DNA of 64,000 nt from a virus (lineage: Duplodnaviria; Caudoviricetes), in the IMG/VR virus record IMGVR_UViG_3300032280_000442, positions 192,001 through 256,000 of that record, one strand, 5' to 3'. Every line of letters starts with the position of its first letter. Positions within the stretch are counted from its first letter, which is position 1. Shown in pieces: positions 18,284-28,796 of the stretch. Below the pieces are notes generated by a model. That model made no database searches. It saw only the letters and a program-made list of their open reading frames with translations, and was not told the origin of the DNA. The position numbers were made by a program, and so were the translations under genes.

Positions 18284-20497
18284 TTAAATAAAATAAGTTG
18301 AGTTTTTATATAACAATGTGTTGGTGTTTAAATCATAACTAAAAATTAAAAGTGAGTCCCCATTATTAATAGATGTGTAAATATTATAAATATTTAATGT
18401 TGTTACTTCTGTACCATAAGTCCAAGCATATTTTACGTAACTTTTGACACCATAATACATACCAGTATATTTATAACTTGAAAAATCACAAGTTTGTGCG
18501 GACAATGATGGTATTATTGTGTAACTATCTCCCGACATTGGGATTGTGTCATTTACTAAATCGGTTAATCTTAAAAATGCTGACCGTTGTAGTAGTGTGG
18601 GACCTGAAGTGATTTTAACAAGTTTTGAGTAGTCAGAAATTGGATTTAATTTTTTCGCACCAACATTACTATAAAAGTTATATTGATTACCTGACGCTAT
18701 TGAAATATTATTAACAGCGTTAACTCCCGTCTCCGCATTACTTAAACATCTTAAATCACACTCATTAAAAGTAATTCCTAAAGTCATTAATGGCATAGTA
18801 ATGTTTAAAAAATAAAAATTACCCGTAATACCTGTTGTTACAACACTTGATGTGTGAATTGAATATTGAGCAACATTATTTGCATCAGAGGCACAAGTTC
18901 TATCAGGGTCATTAGATGGTATTATAGGGACAACTAAAGAAAAATAACGATAATAGTTAATATTTGTATTATCAAATGGGGTTCCTAATCCATATCTTAA
19001 AACGTTATTTAAATATGATTGATAATATAATTCTAAATCCGACAAATATTGAAATTGCATATTAATGTTTCCGGGCCCACCTACAGTGGCGTTTGTTTTA
19101 TTAAAACTAATGAACCCACCTGGTGCTCCATCACAATTATATGGAGATTGTGAACACGAGGAATTATCCTCAGCACAAACTGTATAATTACCACAAAACG
19201 ACGAACCACTACTATCAATCGAATTATAAGAAATTTGTCCATTCAGAGATGAACATATCCCATAAAATTCAGAGTTTAATGCTGCGGGTGCGGCTATTGA
19301 CGAACTCTGTGTTAAATATTTGAAAATATCACTACTTTCTAATACGCTATTAGTACATCCAGACAGATTCGAATTAAAACTATATTGACCACACACTAAT
19401 GAAGTTATACTCACACTTGAATCAATAAATTTATAAGGCGCTAATGAATCTAAACAGGTTTCACAATTAAAAGTGTTTAAACATCCAAAATATATTTCCC
19501 AATTAGTTCTACTTATGTTAGGGTTAGGTGTTATCTCAATTGTTAAAAAATCATTTTCAGTTCTTAATAATTTACTAATGTTTGTCACCTTTTTAAAAAA
19601 ACCGTTAGTAGCAACTTTTATTACTTTTGGGGTAACAAAAACATTAAAATCAGTAAATTCATCTCCGACAATATAATACTCTAAAACAATCGGTGTTGGG
19701 TAATTACCTCCATTAAAACTTATTTTTATAGTGTCACTAACAGTATATGCTCGGAATTGCCAAGCAAAATAATTAGTATTTATATCTAAATCAAATCCCA
19801 AAGATAATGATTCAGGGGGTGTATTAAACGCGGCAGTATTTGAAAAATAATAATTATTATATCCGGAGTAAAGATAAACAGGTTCTACCCTATTCCCTGA
19901 ACAAATTGACGGAAACACTTCAACTGTCTGATTCGACAAACAATTAATGTTTGCTTGGACAAATCCTGTCCCACCTGTTATTGAATAATTAATATTGTTA
20001 ATTCGTATTTGTCTAATCATTGGAATATAATATCCCGGTAAAGATATTCTATTAAATGGGTGTGTTTGTTGATAGGGTCCAAATAATGTTCCAAAACCTG
20101 AGGTAAAGGCGATTGTTGTATTATTCTCGGGTCCATACCAATCAATTAGGTAATCGGTTATATTTGCACCAACAGAGCTAACTAAAAGTCCTGCAATAAT
20201 TTGACTAACTGTTGTGGATGAAAAATTAGATAACTGAATTCCAAATAAATCACATAAGTTATTTGGTGATATTGGAAGGTTATAACAACAATGAGACACA
20301 ATATCTTGAAATTTAATTTCTGTAGTTCCGTCAGGTATATTAGTCAAAATATATGGACAATTTGATGTTAATAGAGAAAGAGATATATTTGTTTGAAACG
20401 GTACCGAGTAACTATCCGAGTTAGAATAAATATCTACACTACTACCTAATGGTAATGTTCCGGTATTAGTTAAACAAATTGATGATGAAAATGGCAT
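18284..20497 (-). CDS. Cys/Ser/Asn-rich putative virion structural protein
   Basis: 737-aa ORF, low-charge beta-rich composition, last gene of the appendage cluster. Confidence 0.65.
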   Translation of the reverse strand: MPFSSSICLTNTGTLPLGSSVDIYSNSDSYSVPFQTNISLSLLTSNCPYILTNIPDGTTEIKFQDIVSHCCYNLPISPNNLCDLFGIQLSNFSSTTVSQIIAGLLVSSVGANITDYLIDWYGPENNTTIAFTSGFGTLFGPYQQTHPFNRISLPGYYIPMIRQIRINNINYSITGGTGFVQANINCLSNQTVEVFPSICSGNRVEPVYLYSGYNNYYFSNTAAFNTPPESLSLGFDLDINTNYFAWQFRAYTVSDTIKISFNGGNYPTPIVLEYYIVGDEFTDFNVFVTPKVIKVATNGFFKKVTNISKLLRTENDFLTIEITPNPNISRTNWEIYFGCLNTFNCETCLDSLAPYKFIDSSVSITSLVCGQYSFNSNLSGCTNSVLESSDIFKYLTQSSSIAAPAALNSEFYGICSSLNGQISYNSIDSSGSSFCGNYTVCAEDNSSCSQSPYNCDGAPGGFISFNKTNATVGGPGNINMQFQYLSDLELYYQSYLNNVLRYGLGTPFDNTNINYYRYFSLVVPIIPSNDPDRTCASDANNVAQYSIHTSSVVTTGITGNFYFLNITMPLMTLGITFNECDLRCLSNAETGVNAVNNISIASGNQYNFYSNVGAKKLNPISDYSKLVKITSGPTLLQRSAFLRLTDLVNDTIPMSGDSYTIIPSLSAQTCDFSSYKYTGMYYGVKSYVKYAWTYGTEVTTLNIYNIYTSINNGDSLLIFSYDLNTNTLLYKNSTYFI

Positions 20498-20522
20498 AAA
20501 ATATTTTGTTAATTTTGTTTAT

Positions 20523-21782
20523 TTAGTTTAAATAAGGTGATAGTCCTACTTGCCAATATGTTTTACCATCGACAATAATTGTCTTATTAGGACTACCTCC
20601 AGGGGTTATTACTTTTTCAATAGTTGACACCGTATCTTTAGGTGTTCCATCCCAAGCTTGGATACCTAATTCAAAGGCAACATTATCTATTCTACAAGCA
20701 TATCCAAATTGACCAATTTGAGTTGTTGAACCGGGAACTTGAGATGACCCAGCAAAATTTAATCCAATTATTTTATAAACACCGTCAAAATCCGCAATAA
20801 GGACAGAACCGGAATCACCACCATAAATTGGGAAATTACAGCTCTCGCTTAATCTAGTAAACACAATTAAATCATTATACGAAATTACCCTACCAACACC
20901 TTGTAAAGGATACGAACCAACGTCCGCAGTTGCACCTAAAAGTTTTATTTTTAATCCACAATCACCAGATTTTACACCTGATGTTCTACCACTACTTAAA
21001 ATTGTTCTTTGGGTAACTAGTAAACTATCTATTTCAGCTGTTGTTGCAAATGGCATTGGTTGACTATAATTAATACCTAGTTGAGTAAAAGATGTTGTGT
21101 CACTAACAGTATTAGCACATAATGAAACTAATGCACCGTCTACAGTGTTTAATTCAGGTTGACTCTTTAATGGTACATATCGAATAACTTCACCAATTTG
21201 ATTACCAACAACAGGTGTCGATATTTCTCCATTTTGATACGCTATTGATTTGTATTCGTTTACAATTGGACCTGATAGATTTCTGGCACTAGTATATGAT
21301 GCGTCTTGAATAACTACGTGATTATTAGTTAGACCTACAAGTTTTTGACTTAAACTATCCACAACAATTAAACCTAATGTCCCAACAGACCCTAATAAAC
21401 GTTGAGCGGTTAATGATATACCACCAACTAATGGTCTAAGTGTGTTTCTATTAGGAGGGTTAACAGACCCTAATGGACTCCAAGTATAACAATTTGGGGC
21501 AATTAAAGGGTTATCACAAATAGGGTAATCAATCATTGGGACAACTTCTTCAATTTCAAGAACATCTGTTCTATAGATTGTTCCACTAATTTCAACAAAT
21601 TCCGGTAAACGTTCATCAAATGGAATCTCATTTAACGGTCTCTTTTTTGGAACTGTAAAAACAATTGATTTATCAGGTGTTTCAACACCCTTAATTGTTT
21701 TATGACCATACGCGACACCAACATAATTAGGTGTGTTTTGATATAATTCGTTTAATTTATTTTTTATCTCTTGTGTTAACAT
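20523..21782 (-). CDS. Trypsin-like (S1, Nal1-like) serine protease
   Basis: Catalytic triad motifs LTNNHV, VDGAL, GGDSGS; GSVGTLG and SGRTSG. Confidence 0.85.
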   Translation of the reverse strand: MLTQEIKNKLNELYQNTPNYVGVAYGHKTIKGVETPDKSIVFTVPKKRPLNEIPFDERLPEFVEISGTIYRTDVLEIEEVVPMIDYPICDNPLIAPNCYTWSPLGSVNPPNRNTLRPLVGGISLTAQRLLGSVGTLGLIVVDSLSQKLVGLTNNHVVIQDASYTSARNLSGPIVNEYKSIAYQNGEISTPVVGNQIGEVIRYVPLKSQPELNTVDGALVSLCANTVSDTTSFTQLGINYSQPMPFATTAEIDSLLVTQRTILSSGRTSGVKSGDCGLKIKLLGATADVGSYPLQGVGRVISYNDLIVFTRLSESCNFPIYGGDSGSVLIADFDGVYKIIGLNFAGSSQVPGSTTQIGQFGYACRIDNVAFELGIQAWDGTPKDTVSTIEKVITPGGSPNKTIIVDGKTYWQVGLSPYLN

Positions 21783-21800
21783 AATTAGTTGTTTTTTATA

Positions 21801-23759
21801 TTATTCAATATGAACCCATATTGTGTAAACTGTGTTATCCGGTGTATTTGTTGGTGTTGGTGTTGGTGTCCCTGTTGGTCTTGGTGATGGAAGAATTATT
21901 GGGTCCGATATTATATAAGTATATCCTGATATATTACAATTAATACACACCTCACCACTTGGTGAAGGAGTGATTGTTGGTGTAAGTGTTGGGGTTGAAG
22001 TATTTGTCGGTGTTAAAGTTGGAGTTTCTGTAACTGTTGTTGTAGGGGTAACTGTTGAAGTATTTGTTGGTGTTAAAGTTAGTGTTGATGTCGGAGTAAG
22101 AGTTGGTGTTGATGTAACTGTCGGTGTAGGTGTTACAGTTGGAGTTACTGTACTTGTTATAGTTGGGGTTGGGGTTGGGGTTGGACAAACTATAGAGTAT
22201 TTAACATTACAACTATTACAATTACCTTCATTATTTAAAATAATTGCCGTTGTATATCCTGTCGAAACCTGTGTCTCATTAATTGCACTTGTACATCCCG
22301 TATATCCAATAGTTTGTACATAATAAGACTCACCAACAGTTACTGGTTGAACCAATGAACCAATTTTAAATTTTATATTACTATCACAACAATCTTGGAA
22401 ATAACCAATAATTGGAGGTAATGGTGATGACGTAACAGTTGGTGTTGGTGTTAGTGTTGGTGTTTGTGTTACAGTTTGAGTTGGTGTTGGTGTCGTAGTT
22501 GATGTTTGAGTAACTGTTGGCGTTTGAGTTATAGTTTGAGTCGGGGTTTGAGTTATAGTTTGAGTCGGGGTTTGAGTTGGTGTTGGCGTTGATGTTGGCG
22601 TTGATGTTAATGTATTTGTAGGTGTTACAGTTGGTGTTACGGTAGCCGTTGGTGTTGGTGTTGGTGTTGGACAATCAATTAATCTTACACTAAAGTAAGT
22701 GTCTGTAGATAAACAAGTACATCCTGATGTTGGAGGTAGTGTTGAAACCCATTCGGTATAATCACCAACAGGATATTCCGAATTAATGAATAATTTAGAA
22801 CATTGTTCATTTGTGTCAGTATTTTTAACAACCCAACAAACTTGAATATTATCCCAATATAATATAAAAGGGTTACCATCAATTATTCCGGTCCAATATT
22901 TTTTACCATTAATCAATTCATTTCCTTGAGTAGGATAGTTATAAGTCCCACAACCAGATTCGTTAGTTATTTGTAAACAATAATTTGTTGCGGGTGTTTG
23001 AGTCATTGTTGGAGTTGGTGTTGGAGTTTGTGTTGGTTGAATACATTCACCGTTTACGGTGTACCTACCCGGACCGGATACTATCACAATACCATAATAA
23101 CATTCCGCACAAACGGTAAGAGTATTTCCAGGTATTGTATCTGTTACATCTATAAAAACGGTAACAGGTGTTCGTTCACCACAAGGAATGTAACTAAATT
23201 CAGTATATCCACGTCTACCTAAACCACCATCTAAGGTATAACTTTGACAACCTTTACAATTAGTTTGTGTTGGTGTTGGTGTTGGTAGAGGATTACAAGG
23301 ATAATCTTCCAAACATTTTTCACAACCTTCACCATATGAAATACCCGACCAAGTAAATGTTGGAATACTACCTTTCGGTGCAAAACCTGTAATTGTCATA
23401 CATAATTTACTTGTGGTTAATATAGTTTCCCCAATATTAAAAGTTGAGGGTAATATTATAACACCTGAAAGTCTACTACAACAAGATAATACATTGTAGG
23501 CCAAATTTCTTATTTTTGGCGTTGGCGTTGGTGTAGGTGTAGGTGTTGACGTTGGTGTTGGGCAAGGAATTACTAAGTCACAATATTTATCATATTTTAG
23601 TATGTAAATTTGAAATGTTCCATAATAATAATCATTATCATAATAATAAGGTAATATGACTTGACCTAGATTTATACTTCCCCCTGAACAAGGGAAAAAG
23701 GTAATGGCGGCCAATTGTCCGTTATAGTTTGTTGTCGTTATTTCTAAAAATATTCCCAT
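21801..23759 (-). CDS. Mucin-like Pro/Thr-rich, Cys-module virion appendage protein
   Basis: Multiple (TP)n/TQTPT tracts separating small Cys-rich domains. Confidence 0.75.
   Translation of the reverse strand: MGIFLEITTTNYNGQLAAITFFPCSGGSINLGQVILPYYYDNDYYYGTFQIYILKYDKYCDLVIPCPTPTSTPTPTPTPTPKIRNLAYNVLSCCSRLSGVIILPSTFNIGETILTTSKLCMTITGFAPKGSIPTFTWSGISYGEGCEKCLEDYPCNPLPTPTPTQTNCKGCQSYTLDGGLGRRGYTEFSYIPCGERTPVTVFIDVTDTIPGNTLTVCAECYYGIVIVSGPGRYTVNGECIQPTQTPTPTPTMTQTPATNYCLQITNESGCGTYNYPTQGNELINGKKYWTGIIDGNPFILYWDNIQVCWVVKNTDTNEQCSKLFINSEYPVGDYTEWVSTLPPTSGCTCLSTDTYFSVRLIDCPTPTPTPTATVTPTVTPTNTLTSTPTSTPTPTQTPTQTITQTPTQTITQTPTVTQTSTTTPTPTQTVTQTPTLTPTPTVTSSPLPPIIGYFQDCCDSNIKFKIGSLVQPVTVGESYYVQTIGYTGCTSAINETQVSTGYTTAIILNNEGNCNSCNVKYSIVCPTPTPTPTITSTVTPTVTPTPTVTSTPTLTPTSTLTLTPTNTSTVTPTTTVTETPTLTPTNTSTPTLTPTITPSPSGEVCINCNISGYTYIISDPIILPSPRPTGTPTPTPTNTPDNTVYTIWVHIE
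22522..22578. repeat. Exact 24-nt tandem repeat in a PT tract
   Basis: GTTTGAGTTATAGTTTGAGTCGGG x2 plus a partial copy. Confidence 0.8.
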
Positions 23760-23771
23760 ATTGTTTTATTA

Positions 23772-26700
23772 TTATGATTGTGTTGTTAAGCAAATAGCCA
23801 ATGTAATACCTGATAATTCACCAACACCCGCAATAGTTATTTGATTATATGGGGTGTTAGAGTTAACCGAAATTAACGCACTACCACCATTAGGTGTGTC
23901 ACTAACATAAGTTAATGATACAGAATTTCCATTTATTGTAACCCCACAAGACGTACCACAAATAGATAGTGTTGGAGTTCCCCCGTTAGTTCCAAAAGTG
24001 TATGTTTCAATACTACTTGGTTGAGAGGTACGACCACCTTGAGACATTAAAAATTTAATATTATTAACAGGTTGATTAAAATTTAAAGTATATGTAAATA
24101 ATCCAGGATTAAACCCTATTATTAATGTATTCGAAGGTGTAATATATGAGGTACAATTTGATTGTGCTGGTACGGTATTCAATGGTATTAATGGACCACT
24201 ATATGTGGTAGTAACTGTCAAACCATTAACTGTTAAACTACCTACACCACTATTAGGTAAAGCATATGTGATACAATAAGGACAAGTTTGTGTTGATGTT
24301 ATAAATGTTACGTTATTACAACTTGGTACCTGTGATGCACCTGACACTGCCCTTCCAATGTTATTAATTAATGTAATTGTATACGGGAATACCGTGTTTA
24401 TTCTATAAATGTCAGGTCCATTAGTAATATAAATACCACCATCTATTGTCGCAAGACCAAAAGGTGTTAGTGTTGGGATACTAATTTGTTTATCAAATTC
24501 TAATACCCAAGTATTACCATTTAAACTATATTGAGAAATGTATGAATTATAAACACCACTTGTATAAGTTGTTAAAATAATTTTACCATTTGTTGTGTAT
24601 AGTATATCCCCGGATATTAACCTTCCTGTAGGTAAAGTAAATAATGTTTCCGATGTGGCTATATTATTTGAATTTAATGTTAATTTAATTATTAAATTAC
24701 CCGTGCTACTAATTAGTTGTGTATCATTAATGGCAGCTAAACCATTTCCTAATGGAACACCTGAATTTATCGCTCTATTATATGTTTTAGTAAATGGACT
24801 CAAAGTTATGTTCCACTCATAAATAAGTAATCCCGCATATAACCATAATTTATTGTTGGTATGAGCAATATCTGAAGATGTAGATGGTTGAGGTGGACTA
24901 GGGTTAAATAATAATGTTGAAACATTAGTTGTTAAATTATAAGAATAAACTTTACCAATTTCTGGCTGATTTGGAGCATCAACATATATAACCGAACATT
25001 GAGGTACCACTATCGCACCTTGTGTTTGAGTAGGTGTTGGAGTTAGGGTAGGTGTTTTGGTTTGAGTTATTGTTGGAGTTTGAGTCGGTGTTAATGTTTT
25101 AGTTGTTGTTGGCGTAGGTGTTAGTGTTGTAGTTGATGTCGGTGTTTTAGTCGTAGTCGGAGTTGGTGTAACTGTTAGTCCAATAGTTCTTGTTGGTGTA
25201 GGTGTTTTGGTTTGAGTTATAGTGGGAGTTTGAGTTGAAGTTTTTGTTATAGTTGGAGTTTGAGTTGGTGTTTTAGTTGGAGTAACCGTCGGTGTTGTTG
25301 TTGGTGTTGAAGTTGGTGTAGGACTTAATGACACAGTTTCAAATTCAAAATCGCAAGACAATGATGTAACCGTCGGTGTTGGTGTAGTTGTAGGTGTTGG
25401 GGTTGGAGTTGGAGTAAGACAAAGAGTATCAGTATTATTAAAACAAGTATTACAATCTTCTTGTTTAATTAATCCAACATATGCGTAAGCTAAATTAGGT
25501 CTATTTTGCGGAACAATTACTGTCGCGCAACCATTAAAACCAGAACTTTGAATATAATACGTACCTTCATAAGCAATACCCAATGAAGGTGCTCCATAAA
25601 TAATAAAAATGTTTGACCTATCACAACAATCAACAAAAGATACCGGAATTGACGGTAACGGAGTCCCTGTCGGTGTTGGTGTATTAGTTCGTGTTGGTGT
25701 TGGAGTTCTAGTGACAGGTATAACATTATACGTTATTGTATTTGAAATAAATGAAGGACAATCATTACTAAACTGTTGAATATAAAAATATATTGTTGGT
25801 GGTAATGTACCCGGTATTGTAATACTTCTTGGTGATGAGCAACCTCCCGCACTACTATTCCAATTAACATTATCCACAGACCAATACACTAAAATTGTTC
25901 CACAAGGTCCTGTAACATTAAAATACAATAAAAATGTATTACCACCACTATTTAATACTGTTTGTAAAATCGGTGCTTGACAATTCTTTGTTTGTGTTGG
26001 TGTTGGTGTTGGAGTTATTAAACAAGGATTTGGTGTTGATGTTGGAGTTGGTGTTGGAGTTACTTGAATAACATTACACGGATATTTTGAAAGACAATAA
26101 CTACAGTTTTTATAAATTGACACATTAAAAGCTATAGTTTCTGTACATTCTAATACATTAAAATCTTGAATCACATAACATACACCATCACTACCTAAAA
26201 TACCTACTCCGACAGCCGCACCAATATTTGATGGGATTCCTGTCATACACTTTTGTTTATCGTCACAACAACTTATAACATTTGCAGACAATTTTCTTGG
26301 TCTTGGTCTTGGCTCTATGGGGTCAATAATAACAGGACCACCAATAACCGGAACATTATCATATTGTGAATCCCCATTATCTGTTAATATGATATCAGAA
26401 AATAATGTATATAAATTTAATCTATTAAAATCATCATCAATAATAAGTTCTGTTATACCCTCTTTACTACCAGTATATATTGAAACTGACGAATTTATTA
26501 TAATTGGGTCACCTGTAGTAACACCTAATACATTTTTAAATGTAACGGTAATGTCGGTATCCACAGGATATCTTGATGTTGCAGTATATAACACACCAAT
26601 AGAACTTGGATAATACTGAGGAACAATAGTAATTGTATTTTCATCAGGATTATCAACAATATTTGGATTCCCACAACAAGGGAATGTTGAGGTATAACAA

Positions 26701-27083
26701 GTGTTATATTCTAAATCGTCAGCAATAAACGATTCTTGTACATATATGTATAACTTTTCTCTAATTGGTAATATAACATTACCGTCAAATGTCTTAACTA
26801 AAAACTGACCCTCATATCTACCTTCAATACTAGTATCTTGTTTGGTAAATTGATAGTAAATATAATATTCTGGCTCAGCATTTGGGTCATCAAATATTTT
26901 TTCAACAAAACCTCCCGGTCTTGAAGTTATCTTAGGAATCCCTGTTTCAGAATTAACCATAGAAAAGAAAATTGTAGAAGTTTCCAATAATTCCATAAAA
27001 TTATTGTAATCACTTCTACCATCTTTTACTACTTGTAATTTTAATAGGGGTAAGGTTGCGTTTTTCTTTATAAAAAATTCCAT
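23772..27083 (-). CDS. Large appendage/fibre protein with BppU-like N-terminus, PT stalks and distal beta domains
   Basis: MEFFIKKNATLPLLK...YYQFTKQDTSIEGRYEGQF...ILPIRE N-terminus; long PT tracts; propeller-like and lectin-like C-terminal segments (inferred). Confidence 0.7.
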   Translation of the reverse strand: MEFFIKKNATLPLLKLQVVKDGRSDYNNFMELLETSTIFFSMVNSETGIPKITSRPGGFVEKIFDDPNAEPEYYIYYQFTKQDTSIEGRYEGQFLVKTFDGNVILPIREKLYIYVQESFIADDLEYNTCYTSTFPCCGNPNIVDNPDENTITIVPQYYPSSIGVLYTATSRYPVDTDITVTFKNVLGVTTGDPIIINSSVSIYTGSKEGITELIIDDDFNRLNLYTLFSDIILTDNGDSQYDNVPVIGGPVIIDPIEPRPRPRKLSANVISCCDDKQKCMTGIPSNIGAAVGVGILGSDGVCYVIQDFNVLECTETIAFNVSIYKNCSYCLSKYPCNVIQVTPTPTPTSTPNPCLITPTPTPTQTKNCQAPILQTVLNSGGNTFLLYFNVTGPCGTILVYWSVDNVNWNSSAGGCSSPRSITIPGTLPPTIYFYIQQFSNDCPSFISNTITYNVIPVTRTPTPTRTNTPTPTGTPLPSIPVSFVDCCDRSNIFIIYGAPSLGIAYEGTYYIQSSGFNGCATVIVPQNRPNLAYAYVGLIKQEDCNTCFNNTDTLCLTPTPTPTPTTTPTPTVTSLSCDFEFETVSLSPTPTSTPTTTPTVTPTKTPTQTPTITKTSTQTPTITQTKTPTPTRTIGLTVTPTPTTTKTPTSTTTLTPTPTTTKTLTPTQTPTITQTKTPTLTPTPTQTQGAIVVPQCSVIYVDAPNQPEIGKVYSYNLTTNVSTLLFNPSPPQPSTSSDIAHTNNKLWLYAGLLIYEWNITLSPFTKTYNRAINSGVPLGNGLAAINDTQLISSTGNLIIKLTLNSNNIATSETLFTLPTGRLISGDILYTTNGKIILTTYTSGVYNSYISQYSLNGNTWVLEFDKQISIPTLTPFGLATIDGGIYITNGPDIYRINTVFPYTITLINNIGRAVSGASQVPSCNNVTFITSTQTCPYCITYALPNSGVGSLTVNGLTVTTTYSGPLIPLNTVPAQSNCTSYITPSNTLIIGFNPGLFTYTLNFNQPVNNIKFLMSQGGRTSQPSSIETYTFGTNGGTPTLSICGTSCGVTINGNSVSLTYVSDTPNGGSALISVNSNTPYNQITIAGVGELSGITLAICLTTQS

Positions 27084-27119
27084 CTAAAGTTTTTATTATA
27101 AATACTTCATAATACGGAA

Positions 27120-28796
27120 TTAGCTTTCTTTTCTTAAAGAACCATCATAATGTTCAAATCGATTATGTTCCGTTGGTGTTAGTAATAACAAACCGGGTTT
27201 AATATTACCTTTAACAGTTTCCTGATAAGCGTAAGACATAAGTGTTTGTTCAAAAGGGTGAGCCCATTTAGTTTCTAAATAACATTTATAATTACCTTGT
27301 TTTGTTAAGACAATTGGCCAATTACATAAATAAATTTCACCTGATACATATGGTAATCCGTTATGAATATTAACCTCATTAAATTTTGTTCTTGGTGAAT
27401 TTGGGTCTAACCCTTGTACAGGTAGTTTTGAGTTATTAGGCCAATGTGATTGTCTAAAATCTTGAGGGACATTATACCAACTCCACTGAACACTATTATC
27501 ACCAAAAAATTCACTAAAATTTAATTTTAAAAAATCAAAATTTTCTTTATCAACAATCTCTAACGATTTTTGATATAAATTATCGACAAATCTTGGGAAT
27601 CCATTTCTACAAACTTCTCCTTTACTAAGATAAAATGCCATATCATCTTCAAACCACCAACAAAAATCTAAACCAGTTTCATCAAAATGTTCGGCAACAA
27701 ATACTCTACCTCCAACAATACCAATGTTATCTTTCTTAATATGTTCAAAACCATATTGTTCACATAACTCAATATATCTTGGCGTTGTAGATAAATCTGT
27801 TGAATTGTCCAATAAAAATTTTCTTGGTTTTTCAATAAAATCTTTATCATAATCTAACATTGATTGAATTAAAACTTCTAATTGTTTTGGTGAGTTAAAT
27901 GTTATAATATAAAGTCCAACTTTTGAATCATCCAAATTATTTATAACAACATCTTTTGACACCTCAGATTTAACTTCAACTGTCATATCTTTTAAATCTT
28001 CAAAAAATTTACCCATTAAACCATTACCCTCAATTTCAGAATAGGTAATAAGATTAGGATATTTGTATGTCATAATTGTAAATAAAGACTCTTCAGTTCC
28101 CATTAAACCATTTGAAAGAGTTTCATTCATTAGTCCGTAATAGATACTGTTAATTTCAGATATAACATTTTTTTTACCACCAAAGAAACCTGCTCGAGCA
28201 ACCATATTAACTTGTTTTCCGGCTAAATCACATAACTCTTGGTATTTGAATCCGTGAATCTCACTATTAGCTTCGTAAGGAAAACAAACAAAATGAAAGT
28301 TTTTAACTAATTGTGGTAATTTGTCTAAAACTTTGTCGTGTGTGAAGTATCCGGGATGGATTGTGTTTGTTAAACCTGCGTCAATCCAAAACATATATTC
28401 CGAATTAAACTTATCTAAAATTTTAGCATCGTGTAACAAATAAACTTTAGACATAACTAAAGGATTATACATCTCTAATTTAGCCTGTGTTGATTCTGTT
28501 AACCAACCAACTTGATTATACCAATCAGGATTAGTCCTAATTTTTTGTATTTTATCGTATAATTCATTATTCTTAAACCAAGATAAATCTCTACGAATAA
28601 ATTGTGTATTATCGTCGCGTCTATTATTAAAAACAAATTTTTCTAATTCTTCATCACCAAATATTATCATATTCACATCAACTTGTAATAGTTGTTGGAA
28701 TTTATCTAAATAATGTTGGAATGAACGAGACCACCCTTCTTGAAGGTCTCCTCTACCAATATCCCATAATCCGGTTACTAATGTTATATTATTCAT
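27120..28796 (-). CDS. Two-domain glycosyltransferase (HtrL/WlaTC-like + GT-A fold)
   Basis: ITLVTGLWDIGR, FWIDAGL, GFFGG, MGTEES; C-terminal domain with WWFEDDM. Confidence 0.7.
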   Translation of the reverse strand: MNNITLVTGLWDIGRGDLQEGWSRSFQHYLDKFQQLLQVDVNMIIFGDEELEKFVFNNRRDDNTQFIRRDLSWFKNNELYDKIQKIRTNPDWYNQVGWLTESTQAKLEMYNPLVMSKVYLLHDAKILDKFNSEYMFWIDAGLTNTIHPGYFTHDKVLDKLPQLVKNFHFVCFPYEANSEIHGFKYQELCDLAGKQVNMVARAGFFGGKKNVISEINSIYYGLMNETLSNGLMGTEESLFTIMTYKYPNLITYSEIEGNGLMGKFFEDLKDMTVEVKSEVSKDVVINNLDDSKVGLYIITFNSPKQLEVLIQSMLDYDKDFIEKPRKFLLDNSTDLSTTPRYIELCEQYGFEHIKKDNIGIVGGRVFVAEHFDETGLDFCWWFEDDMAFYLSKGEVCRNGFPRFVDNLYQKSLEIVDKENFDFLKLNFSEFFGDNSVQWSWYNVPQDFRQSHWPNNSKLPVQGLDPNSPRTKFNEVNIHNGLPYVSGEIYLCNWPIVLTKQGNYKCYLETKWAHPFEQTLMSYAYQETVKGNIKPGLLLLTPTEHNRFEHYDGSLRKES

